Assembly: GCA_036504475.1 (NCBI GenBank)
Contig: DASXVB010000208.1
Coordinates: forward strand, 527-40,526
Length of the DNA stretch: 40,000 nucleotides
Direction: 5' to 3'
Source: Methanosarcina sp.
GTDB lineage: Archaea > Halobacteriota > Methanosarcinia > Methanosarcinales > Methanosarcinaceae
Part shown: positions 28,479-37,639 of the stretch, one piece after another
Position numbering within the stretch: position 1 is the stretch's first letter
How the letters are laid out: each line of letters opens with the position of its first letter
Notes under the pieces: generated by a model
Databases searched by the model: none
Told to the model about the DNA's origin: nothing
What the model saw: the letters and a program-made list of their open reading frames with translations, nothing else
Position numbers and translations under genes: made by a program

Positions 28479-29007
28479 TTTCTCTTATTTTTTCCTGTAT
28501 ATTTGGGTCAAATTGCATTTTTGAGTAATCACTTTTGATTCTTTCATAATCATTTGGATTGACGATGATATCCGGCATAGTTGGGTTTCCAAACTCATCA
28601 AAAATAATACTCACCTTATCTAATACTTCCAAATACCATTCAGATATCGGTTTTGATTTGCAATCTACTCTGTTTCCTGTTTGATGCGTAGTTTCTTCGA
28701 AAGCATCAATTAAAAGTTTGCCTTGTTTTTTCCTCATTTCTTCAGTGATTTCTGAAAATTTAGAATAATAAGCATCTAATCCCTTTTCGATCAAATCTTC
28801 AGGTTTTATTCTTAACTCTGTCGAAATTGTTTTAAATTCTTTTTCTTCTGAACGTCCACTTGCACTATTTATTTCCAAATTATTTCCTTCATATATGGGT
28901 CTTTTTTGAGCAACTTTCATTAACGTATCTTTTTGAGTCTCTTTTATCATATTTCTTTGAAAATTAATCAGAAGCTTCCTTTTTATTTCTGGATAATCAG
29001 GTAACAT
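28417..29007 (-). CDS. hypothetical protein (196 aa), first gene of a two-gene cassette
   Basis: Clean ORF with a charged C-terminus (KIREIVERKRREWIDKESNRKLVD) that overlaps the next gene. No motif recognised. Confidence 0.6.
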   Translation of the reverse strand: MLPDYPEIKRKLLINFQRNMIKETQKDTLMKVAQKRPIYEGNNLEINSASGRSEEKEFKTISTELRIKPEDLIEKGLDAYYSKFSEITEEMRKKQGKLLIDAFEETTHQTGNRVDCKSKPISEWYLEVLDKVSIIFDEFGNPTMPDIIVNPNDYERIKSDYSKMQFDPNIQEKIREIVERKRREWIDKESNRKLVD

Positions 29008-29508
29008 ATAATAACCTATAGATTTTCAATTTAAAACTTCTTGCTCAAGTAAATATATAGATTCTTTATGTAGGGAATGTATCAAAATTTCTGTAAATCT
29101 TCTCTGATAAGTTTAACGGCTACAAAATAATAAAGTATAGCCTTTTTGGTTCTATGTAACCATTGAGGTTTATCTCCTTAGTAACTCAGAGTTTATTCTG
29201 TTTTTTAACTTAATGTTCCCATACAATAAGAATCTGAGAGTTTCCGCCGACAAAAGTATACGTTAGAACAAAATCGTTTTGAGAATTACCTATCCAGTCT
29301 AAAACAAGACTTTTGAAGCTATTTCTCTTACACTAGCATCAAAAAATTTGATTTTTTTTATCAGATTAATTCTATAGATAATATATATTTAATACATGAA
29401 AACATTTGAGAAATTATCCTGAAGAAATTTCTCAGTTGCATCGAAAATTGAGTATTTTATTCAACGTATATTACAAAAACAAATATTTTTTTAGTCGATA
29501 TAACTTTT

Positions 29509-29785
29509 AAAAAATACTGTCAAAATTTTACAGTTACATACAAAAAACTTGACGTTTTTATCAGTTAAATAATATAAATATTATATTTTTTATTTAGAGC
29601 GATTTTAGAAAAAAACAGTACTGTGGATTTATTTCTGTAGCGTACAGGAGATTTTACTTCTTTATTAAATAGATATTATTAAATTAACTGTTTATTAAAA
29701 CAAAGTATACTTTAAAAAAATTAATTTTTGAATGTATATTTTCAAAAAAGGTACTGTGAATATTTAACAGTTGCGTATACTTTTT
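29509..29785 (+). repeat. three ~35-bp subterminal direct repeats, each containing TACTGT-N9-11-ACAG
   Basis: The copies are aaaaaatactgtcaaaattttacagttacataca (29509), aaaaacagtactgtggatttatttctgtagcgtaca (29612) and aaaaaaggtactgtgaatatttaacagttgcgtatac (29746). A related tactgtcaaaatatcacagtt lies inside TIR-L (12861-12895, reverse strand). Confidence 0.65.
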
Positions 29786-29859
29786 TAATTTTCCTATATC
29801 TCAAAATTTAGTTCAAGGGATAAGATTCAAACCCAAAATATCAAATTAAATCTTTTTTG

Positions 29860-30179
29860 GAAAAATTTTCTGGTATTAAAACGATATTTTCTTTTGAATA
29901 TCTTTACAAAACAAATAAAGAAAAAGATTTAGATTAGATTAAAAAATTCAGAAATTCTACAAAATTTCACGTAACTATTTTTGATTACAGTTCTACCCAT
30001 TGTGATTTCAACAATTTAGAATTACTAAACAGAAAATTTCTGATAAAAAATGCATTAGTGTTACGGTTTTAGAGAAAAGTATGAATGACTGCTAGAAAAT
30101 AACATTTTTACTATCAAAGTTTTAAAATATTATTAAAACATTCAAATAAAACTATCAAAAATGCCAACCTATATATCCC
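29860..30179. repeat. casposon right terminal inverted repeat (~320 bp)
   Basis: It ends ...ttttaaaatattattaaaacattcaaataaaactatcaaaaatgccaacctatatatccc, which is the reverse complement of the left terminus. Confidence 0.8.
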
Positions 30180-30193
30180 GATTAATATTAATA
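30180..30193. repeat. target-site duplication, right copy (GATTAATATTAATA)
   Basis: Identical to 12782-12795. Confidence 0.8.
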
Positions 30194-30287
30194 AGTACAT
30201 AACTTTTACAAAGAAAGGAAGATAAATAAGAATAAATTCAAAAACCAATAGCATTGACCCTCTCAGTCTCATCCAGGAAAGGATAAT

Positions 30288-30752
30288 ATGGAATACAGCT
30301 ACGATCTTAAAGAAAATAATCTCTATATTGGCGAGAATCGAATACATGCTTATAGCCTGGAGGAAAATGAGATAGGTAATTGCACTAATTGCGATTCCAT
30401 ACTTATGAGCCTCAGCTATCACGCAACAGAAGAAATAACTGTAGTAGTAACAAAATGCGCCTCTTGCGGAGCTTTTTATGCAAACATCTATGATTCCGGA
30501 TGGAACTGGGTAGATGAAATCCAGGTGTCTCTGCTTCCAATTCCAATTCCTATAAACAATCAGATTATTGATGATTGGGAAGGGCTTGAGGCAATTCCCA
30601 TGAAAAAACTTGAAGCCGTATTTTCCAAAGGAGAAATAGAAGCCCTTTTTGCCAGAGCAAAAGATGAAACTCCCATTCGTCAGTACCTGTACAGGGCCCG
30701 CAAAAAATACAAACTCTTCGAAGAAATATTTGACATTGAATTGACATTTTAA
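30288..30752 (+). CDS. hypothetical zinc-ribbon-containing protein (154 aa)
   Basis: ATG preceded by aggaaagg. It has CTNCDS ... CASCG cysteine pairs. This is the first gene outside the casposon. Confidence 0.55.
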   Translation: MEYSYDLKENNLYIGENRIHAYSLEENEIGNCTNCDSILMSLSYHATEEITVVVTKCASCGAFYANIYDSGWNWVDEIQVSLLPIPIPINNQIIDDWEGLEAIPMKKLEAVFSKGEIEALFARAKDETPIRQYLYRARKKYKLFEEIFDIELTF

Positions 30753-30956
30753 TTTAGTTACATATATTTTTGTTTCCTTGATATCAAGATTTTTTAATTT
30801 TGACTTTTGTTTTTATGTATTATTATAGTAATACACAAAAAATAATGAAGATTATCTCCGGATTAGATATTATTTATTAAATATATTAGAATTAATAAAA
30901 ATAGATTATAAAAACAAATAATAAAATGCAATGATAAAAAGTAATTATTTTAATAA

Positions 30957-30984
30957 TAAATAAATAAATAAATAAATAAATAAA
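30957..30984. repeat. (TAAA)x7 microsatellite
   Basis: Read directly from the sequence. Confidence 0.9.
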
Positions 30985-30998
30985 ATTTTTGTAATAAG

Positions 30999-31062
30999 GA
31001 CTCTGTTCCAAAATCTAGTGATTTTTAGTTTTATTTTCACCAATAGATTTTGGTGCGGAGTC
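30999..31062. mobile_element. MITE-like palindromic element, short copy (64 bp)
   Basis: The arms gactctgttccaaaatctagtgat and caccaatagattttggtgcggagtc are imperfect reverse complements. The same terminal sequence occurs at 32021. Confidence 0.5.
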
Positions 31063-32020
31063 ATTTTAAATTCTTAAAAATATATCTTATTTTTCAGTGT
31101 AATCTGTTAATATGTCCATATATTTATAATATTATTTTCTAAGTGGATAGGGTACACGTCAGAACTCCAATTTTAACAAGAACAAACAACTAGATATAAT
31201 AAAAAATTAGCATATTTATTCAATTTTGACAATTTATAAACTGATATTAATATTCATTATACGTAACCAAAAACAGATATTAAATGACACAAATTTATCT
31301 GTTCTTATAGTATATAAGAATGTTTACCTTTGCTTCTTTGATCTTTTTTCTTTCCCCACTTTTCTACGTTTAATGGGGGGGTTATCGGCCAAAATTGGCA
31401 TATTCTTATAGTATCTAGAATAAACGACTTTACTAAATTGAGGCCTAAATCTCATTTTATAAAAACACCAAAATTCATACTTATAGTATATAAGAATAAA
31501 CTTATTTTATAGGGTCTTTAACCAAGAAAAAGGATAAAAGGTGAGCAAAATAATATAAAGTTCTTCATTATGCAGACAAATTATAAAATTAACATGTCTA
31601 TATTACAAAATTGGGCTTTTGTTCACTTAGATAGATTTATGGACAGGAGCTCTCAGAATAATGTGTCAAGAGATAAACTTGCTTGATAAGTTTTTTGTAA
31701 CTTTTTTAGTTGGCAAAATTCGTCGATTTTGAATTATATTTATCTTTTAATTATATTATTTATATCTTTAATAAAATATACTGATTCGCTTTTGTTTTTA
31801 TATCAATATGAGTATATATTTGTTTTTGGCTCATGTACTGTAGGCTCATTATTAAAAAAACACATGGAAAAGTATAGTTACATATCATAAAAACCTTTAT
31901 CAGTGATCAATCTTAATATTCCCCGTCTTGATTCTATGTTCGTATATTCCAATATGTAATTAATACTTAGAAACTGCTAGGATGAAAGTGGAAAACCAAA
32001 AAATTAGAATTATCTTATAC

Positions 32021-32220
32021 GACTCTGCTCCAAAATCTAGTGATAAATGTAAAATTCAAAATCACTAGATTTTGTAATTGATTACATTCCTTATGATTAT
32101 ACTTATGGCTTGAAGTCTTTACATATTGAATCTTAATTTTAATTGGAGATTAAATTCTTTTTACGAATTCAGATTTTCAATCAAGAAATTAAAAAAATCA
32201 CTAGATTTTGGAACAGGGTC
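32021..32220. mobile_element. MITE-like element (200 bp) with 24-bp TIRs
   Basis: The left end gactctgctccaaaatctagtgat matches the reverse complement of the right end atcactagattttggaacagggtc at 22 of 24 positions. An internal partial arm, atcactagattttg, lies at 32061-32074. Confidence 0.55.
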
Positions 32221-32394
32221 AATTAAAATGCATAAATAAAATATATATGAATATAAGTTTAGAATCTTTTGAAGTTAAACATGATTTAACCAGGATATTG
32301 TTTAATTTTCTGAGTATCTGTTATTATAATCATATTAATATATAAAATAATAGTTAGATATAGAACTGCAGTAAGATAAAACACCTGTTATGGT

Positions 32395-32440
32395 ATATAT
32401 TTAAATGATCTTATTTCTAAATAAGATCATTTAAATATAT
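32395..32440. repeat. 46-bp palindrome (22-bp perfect arms, 2-nt spacer)
   Basis: atatatttaaatgatcttattt ct aaataagatcatttaaatatat. Confidence 0.85.
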
Positions 32441-34871
32441 TCACTTTTTGAAAATATTTAAATATGTCTTCAAGTTCAGTGCATAAATCTACATGCAGAT
32501 TAATGTGTGTATATATTAAAATATAACTAAGTATTTTAATCTTTAAAAAGATACAGATATTAATTTAATTGCAATTGATTATATTATTAACACAGAGTAT
32601 TATATAAATGAATAGAGTATCTGTTAAATACGGTATGAAATATGTAATTTAAAATATGCATAGAAATATTCAATAATTTATTGAGCAATTTTATATGATA
32701 TGGTAAGAAATATATAATAAATAACAGACAAAATAGGATTGAGCTAACGAGTAATACCACAGAATAAATACTTTATAGTAAACATTATATGAACATGTCA
32801 AAATAGTAAAAGTTCCAAACAACACAAGTATTATGTACAATTAAATACATATTTTATTGAATAATCTGTGCAATATGGAATAATAGGAACAAATATAATA
32901 TTAAAAGATAGCCCAAAAATACTGTATAATTATCAATGTATATTTATGATATTGTTTTTTATTCGCCTGGTGTAGACTCATTAAATCGAATTTGTAATAA
33001 AAAGAATCTAGATTTTTAAAAATCAAATATTTAACATTTTAGACACCAATGTCCAAAAATAGACATGACAAAGAAGGACGTAAAAACATTTTAACTTTTA
33101 TGAAATATTTAAAATTGCTTAAAAATTTAAATAAAATAAATTGCATAATAAATATTAAGAAAAAGTTTTCATTTTATGATATCAGTAAATAAATGAAAAT
33201 TCAAAAATGTACACAGATTTTGTTGGCACCTATAGTCCAACGATAACTACGAAAATTTAGTATAGTTAAATAAAAACATATCAAGTATCTTGAATCTTAT
33301 TTCAGATTCGTACCAATAGCGGCAAAGACAATTATATTAGGAAAATAAATAATTAATCCTCACATATAGTGTACATTTCTACATATCCAAAGATAAAATT
33401 TTATACATTTTGACTAAATATTATAGCCCCCTCAAAAAATGATTAGTTTTTTAAGGGTTATTAAGCCTTATTTTCCCAATTAAATATAGTGCCAGCTCTT
33501 CCCTAATTAAAGTACAGCCATTAAATAATTTATTTGCTGTTTAGGGATCTTAAGTGCTTCAATTAATTGATTAAATATCGTTCTTTCCTTGGATTTATCA
33601 TTGAAGTTTAGATGGATAAAAATGACACCAGACGCCTTAGTTACAAATAAAAAGAAATTGTCAACAAACAAAGGTATTATATTAATTATATACTGATTTT
33701 AAAGACTATTATAAACTATTTCTCTAAAAAAATAGTTTTTAGAGTGTACCTTAAATGGGGGGTTCTAAATGCAGATATATTGTCAAAAATAAGCCTTATA
33801 TATCCTTAGTTTTAAGGCTGATTTGGAAGGGCCCTATAAATATTAATAAGATTGAGACTTTGCAGAAATCCCCAGAACTAACTAATTCCAATTAATTTGA
33901 ATTTAATGATATGAATATCATTTTACTTATTTATTTTTCAATCTCTTGAAGTTTATTTAGATAGTTTCCCTACAAAGCGAATATATGAGGCAACTATCGA
34001 TTTAAAAAATAAGTACATGACTCCATTATGCTTGAAAAAGTTGATCACTCAAAGACAATAGTACTTGCCGAATTTTCGGGTCCTTATGCCGTGTCGTTAG
34101 TGTCCTGAAAAACGTCAAGAACGTAAAAAGAAAAGGAATCATTATCTTTTCTCCTGGCAAGTTAAGTCACCCAACTCTATGTCTACCTCAACAAACGAAA
34201 ACAAAACATAACGGAACTAAAGCTATGCTGGCAAAAAATCGGTTGCAGGTTTCTCTCTAGTATATTTTCCATCAATGGTTAAAAAGAAATCAATGCAAAT
34301 AGTAAATTTTTAGGTCGTGTCCGTGAGTTATTGATCAATTCCAAAAAAACAAGTACATTTTCCCTATTTGAGGAAAATATAGAGAGTTTCTATATTTACT
34401 GTTTTCAATAACTGATGCCCATTACCAATTTTTAATGTAAGTAGAAAATCTCTGATTTTAGTTCTTGTAAGCAAATAAATCGCTGTTCTTTGTAAACTCA
34501 ATCAGTTTTTTAAGTAAGATTTTGCCGTTAGAAATGCGGGCTTTCAATCCGGTCCCACTTCCTGAAACTCTGTCCGAGCAAGTAGAACGCAAGAGGTATC
34601 AGAAGAAGGTTTAAAAGCACATAATGCAGACCAAACATTGATAGGATAATGTTCACCAGCAGGAGCGGCATGACTGAAAGTGTATATAGTGCAAAAGTTT
34701 TGCCATTATAGAGGTTTATGGAAGGGGAAAGCCCTGTCAGGTAAATAAGTATCGAAACCATGTAAAGCGAAATTAAGAGGAAAAGTAACAGCGCTGGCAG
34801 TATAAATGTAGGATCGGCTTTGTAGAAAACCTCTCTAAACCAGCTTCAAGAAACTGAAATTAAATATGTAA

Positions 34872-35120
34872 AACGAGATTACGTCATTCAGTTCAAATAA
34901 ATGGAGATTAGTCATTTCTGAGGATTTCTACAAAGCCGAGATTTTATGTTTGATATATTCAAGAGCATGCTTAAAGGATAGCACAGGAGATGAAATAAAG
35001 CTCAAATTTGATAAAGAGCTTAGCACTAAATTAAATATAATTTTATGTAAGAGAAATGCAATTGTTCACAATAACGGGCTGATAGATGGTAAGTACAAAA
35101 ATTATATTTCTGGAGTTTAA
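34872..35120 (+). pseudogene. possible HEPN-like gene remnant (82 codons, no ATG)
   Basis: The open frame ends ..LNIILCKRNAIVHNNGLIDGKYKNYISGV. RNAIVH fits the HEPN Rx4H motif. There is no start codon, and the context is decayed DNA. Confidence 0.25.
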
Positions 35121-35249
35121 GGACGTAGTCTCAATCAAATTTTTATCAATGCAGCCAACATATATCAAAGGGAAGATTATACTTATTAGGTCAAAGGATT
35201 CAGCAAAAAAATTGTGTATAATTAAGAATCTGTATGACGCTAAATCGTA

Positions 35250-35335
35250 TGACTAAGAGCCTATCCGAAAAGTCAGCAATGCATGTTTAAAAAGTCACAA
35301 TAGGTCTGTAATATCAGAGTATCCGTTTTATTGCC
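35250..35335 (+). pseudogene. IS1-like transposase fragment (short)
   Basis: About 68 bp (35268-35335) are roughly 88 percent identical to 1658-1725, i.e. the same part of the IS1-like 3-prime region (RKVSNACLKSHNRSVISEYPF against QKVSNACFKNHNMSIISMYPF). Confidence 0.45.
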
Positions 35336-35526
35336 CTACTGTACCAGCTTCTGTCAAAGATTGCAATTTTTCCTTTCACAGGAATTTTGGACCAGAAACG
35401 TATAATGAAAGATTTGAGAAGCTCTTCGTAGCAGGGTCTGGTTATGGTGTGGAAATTGTATCCTCTGGGATCAAGCGAGAGAATAAATTGGTTGATGTCC
35501 GCAGCCATTCCTGATATGTGCGCCAT
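35314..35526 (-). pseudogene. polyphosphate kinase 2 (PPK2) internal fragment
   Basis: LDPRGYNFHTITRPCYEELLKSFIIRFWSKIPVKGKIAIFDRSWYSRA matches the PPK2 core (LNPRG..V......E......YF.RY...P..GE...FDRSWYNRA). It lacks an intact Walker A region and the C-terminal half, and homology stops exactly at the IS1-like fragment. Confidence 0.7.
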
Positions 35527-35572
35527 CCTTCGAAAATAAGGATAACAGGTATTTTAAGTCACAAGCTTTCCG

Positions 35573-35995
35573 TTGCAGTTCTCCGAGCTTGGCTTTAAGT
35601 ACTTTCTCGCTTCTTGTTTCAGATCACTCGTGTATCTAACTGGGCTAATTCTTGTCATGTGTACTGCTTTTTATCATGGGGTCGAAAGCTGGAGATGGCT
35701 TGACTCTTTCTATTTTTCGGTTATCACCCTGGCAACTGTGGGATATGGAGATTTTGTCCCTATAACTGATCTGGGGAAAATCTTTACCGTCTTCTACATT
35801 TTTACAGGACTGGGTATCCTTCTTGGTTTTGTCAACCCAATTGGAGAATTTATTCCCCAAAATGAATTTGATTTTTCTGAAAATTTTGAAATTCGGAGGC
35901 AAAAACATAACTTAATCGATAAAATACTGGAAAAAACAGAACAGAAAAGAGAAGGAGAAACCATTAGAGGTAAAACCTGTAATGAACAGGCCTAA
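35573..35995 (+). CDS. two-transmembrane potassium channel (ion_trans_2 type, ~140 aa)
   Basis: The selectivity filter TLATVGYGD lies between two hydrophobic helices (LVYLTGLILVMCTAFY and IFTVFYIFTGLGILLGFV). The start codon is uncertain (TTG in the track). Confidence 0.8.
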   Translation: MQFSELGFKYFLASCFRSLVYLTGLILVMCTAFYHGVESWRWLDSFYFSVITLATVGYGDFVPITDLGKIFTVFYIFTGLGILLGFVNPIGEFIPQNEFDFSENFEIRRQKHNLIDKILEKTEQKREGETIRGKTCNEQA

Positions 35996-36099
35996 ACTGG
36001 ATATATTTTTTAAATAACCTTATTGATATGTGTTTTGGAAACTTATATATAACTTTAAAACAGTATAGTGAAGTATTTAATTAAAATTTTGTATTAGAG

Positions 36100-36243
36100 G
36101 TGTTTTATACGGCAAAAAAATCTGCAGTAGGAGAAAGTTCAAAAGTCGGGACTGCGGGTGGAAAGCCACAAGCAAAGGCTCCAACCGATAAGCCTTCAAA
36201 GAAGGATGCAAAATCATCCAAAACAGGAAAGAAAGAAAAATAA
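36100..36243 (+). CDS. small Lys/Ala/Ser-rich basic protein (47 aa), tentative
   Basis: GTG preceded by agagg. The translation is MFYTAKKSAVGESSKVGTAGGKPQAKAPTDKPSKKDAKSSKTGKKEK. It competes with the antisense track ORF 36105..36287, and the local GC rise suggests that one of the two is real. Confidence 0.3.
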   Translation: MFYTAKKSAVGESSKVGTAGGKPQAKAPTDKPSKKDAKSSKTGKKEK

Positions 36244-36578
36244 TCAATATAAACGTTCTCCAGGCAGTAGTTTCTCAATTCAACCAATAACCGGAAAATA
36301 TGAAGTGCATAGGAAGAATTTTAGAACCTTTTGTGCAATAAAAATTTAAAAGAATATTAATTAACAGGTAAGAAAAAGTAAATAAGCTACTGCCTAAGTT
36401 ATTTCTTTTAGATCAGATTTTTCGACTGCTTATGCTTGTGTTCAGGAAGTATAGGCAATTGTCCTTTCATCCTTTCTGTGTGAGGGCAAAAGCGAAATTG
36501 CAACCGTTAGTAATATTTTAGACTTATCATAGCTTAGAAAATTAAATAAAAAAGAATAAAGGCTTTTTGGAGCCGTTT

Positions 36579-37427
36579 TTATTTTAGTTCCCTGGGTTGC
36601 TTGTTTTCAGGCAGGACGGGCAGGGGCATGGTATTGATCAGAATCGGGCTTGTAATATCCTTTGCTCTTTCAATAACAAGTTCCTTTCCTTTCTGGGTAA
36701 GGGCAAAAAGCGGAACTGCAGTTCCTACCTGGGCAAGAGGCTTTACAAGATCTCTAACGAACTTTGAAGCGCAGCTTGTTGTGATGTCAACATTTTCTAG
36801 AAGAATCTGAGCTTTTTCTTTGTCTAAACCTGTAACGTGCACACCAATTATTATTAAATCAAGCCCAAGTTTTGCTTCAAGCTCGCGTAACTCTTTTGCG
36901 GTTTCCGCGAAAGCTACGGTTACTGCTATCTTTTTATATCCGAGTTCTGCTGCCTTTTTCACTCCTGCAACAGGGTCCATTTTTGTAGTTGAGGGGTCAA
37001 GTACTATCCCACCACGTTCTTGAATTCCGTTGATTATTCCGTCAATTGGTTCGGTTTCGACAAGCCCGGACATCCTACCGCCCATGCCCTGAACAAGGAT
37101 TGGGTTGCTGGAAATAACTGTTCCTGCGCCTTCGCAGGCAGTTACAGTTGTGTCAAGTAAACCCCGGCTCAGGCCTGTCAGCATGACTTCCGATGCCCCG
37201 AATCCTACAAAGTCTTCAAGCTCCAGCTTACGTTTATCCGTAAACATACCAAAATCGCTTATCCTGAACTCCATATTCTTCTTAACTTCTTCCGGAGTTA
37301 TCTTCTGGATTCCGCGTACTTTGGCAAAGATAGGACACCATTTGACTTCAGGCTCTCCTACTTCAATGACTTTCCCGTCCCTTATGACTACTCTTGTTTT
37401 TCCGACCAATTCTATTATATGAGACAT
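36579..37427 (-). CDS. methanogenesis marker protein 8-like (DUF2099), ~282 aa from ATG at 37427
   Basis: MSHIIELVGKTRVVIRDGKVIEVGEP.VKWCPIF ... GASEVMLTGL..GLLDTTVTACEGAGTV...P.LVQGMGGRMSGLVET.PI matches my recollection of this methanogen-specific family. GC content is visibly higher than in the islands. Confidence 0.7.
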   Translation of the reverse strand: MSHIIELVGKTRVVIRDGKVIEVGEPEVKWCPIFAKVRGIQKITPEEVKKNMEFRISDFGMFTDKRKLELEDFVGFGASEVMLTGLSRGLLDTTVTACEGAGTVISSNPILVQGMGGRMSGLVETEPIDGIINGIQERGGIVLDPSTTKMDPVAGVKKAAELGYKKIAVTVAFAETAKELRELEAKLGLDLIIIGVHVTGLDKEKAQILLENVDITTSCASKFVRDLVKPLAQVGTAVPLFALTQKGKELVIERAKDITSPILINTMPLPVLPENKQPRELK

Positions 37428-37639
37428 GATTGCACCTTTTAAATTGAGCAAGATCACAATTGTGAATATATTAAATCCGATAAAAATAACATTTAATATT
37501 TGTGATTACTTACTTAATAGGTTGTTGGTTTCATGTATTTAATTAGACTTATGTCTCTTTATATATTTTAATTAGTTTAGCTTACTATTTCCAAGTCATT
37601 TTCTGCTTTTTGAGTTTTGGAAATTGAAGTCGGCTTCCG

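Larger units (their letters stand above)
12796..30179 (-). mobile_element. casposon (Cas1 + PolB self-synthesizing transposon), 17,384 bp, with cargo genes
   Basis: TIRs at 12796-13110 and 29860-30179, a flanking 14-bp TSD, and a Cas1-PolB-HNH core. All CDS of 100 aa or more are on the minus strand. No cas2 and no CRISPR array. Confidence 0.8.

Noticed and set aside
31226-31411. ORFs 31226..31411 (+) and 34528..34761 (-) in the AT-rich tract
   Set aside because: The first is a low-complexity Ile/Leu/Phe-rich translation typical of random AT-rich DNA. The second looks like a hydrophobic remnant at best and has no clear start context, so neither is called as a gene.
36105-36287. Track ORF 36105..36287 (-) as the gene in this interval
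   Set aside because: The opposite-strand 47-aa Lys-rich frame has a GTG with an upstream agagg and a more protein-like composition. Neither frame is well supported, so only the plus-strand frame is listed, at low confidence.
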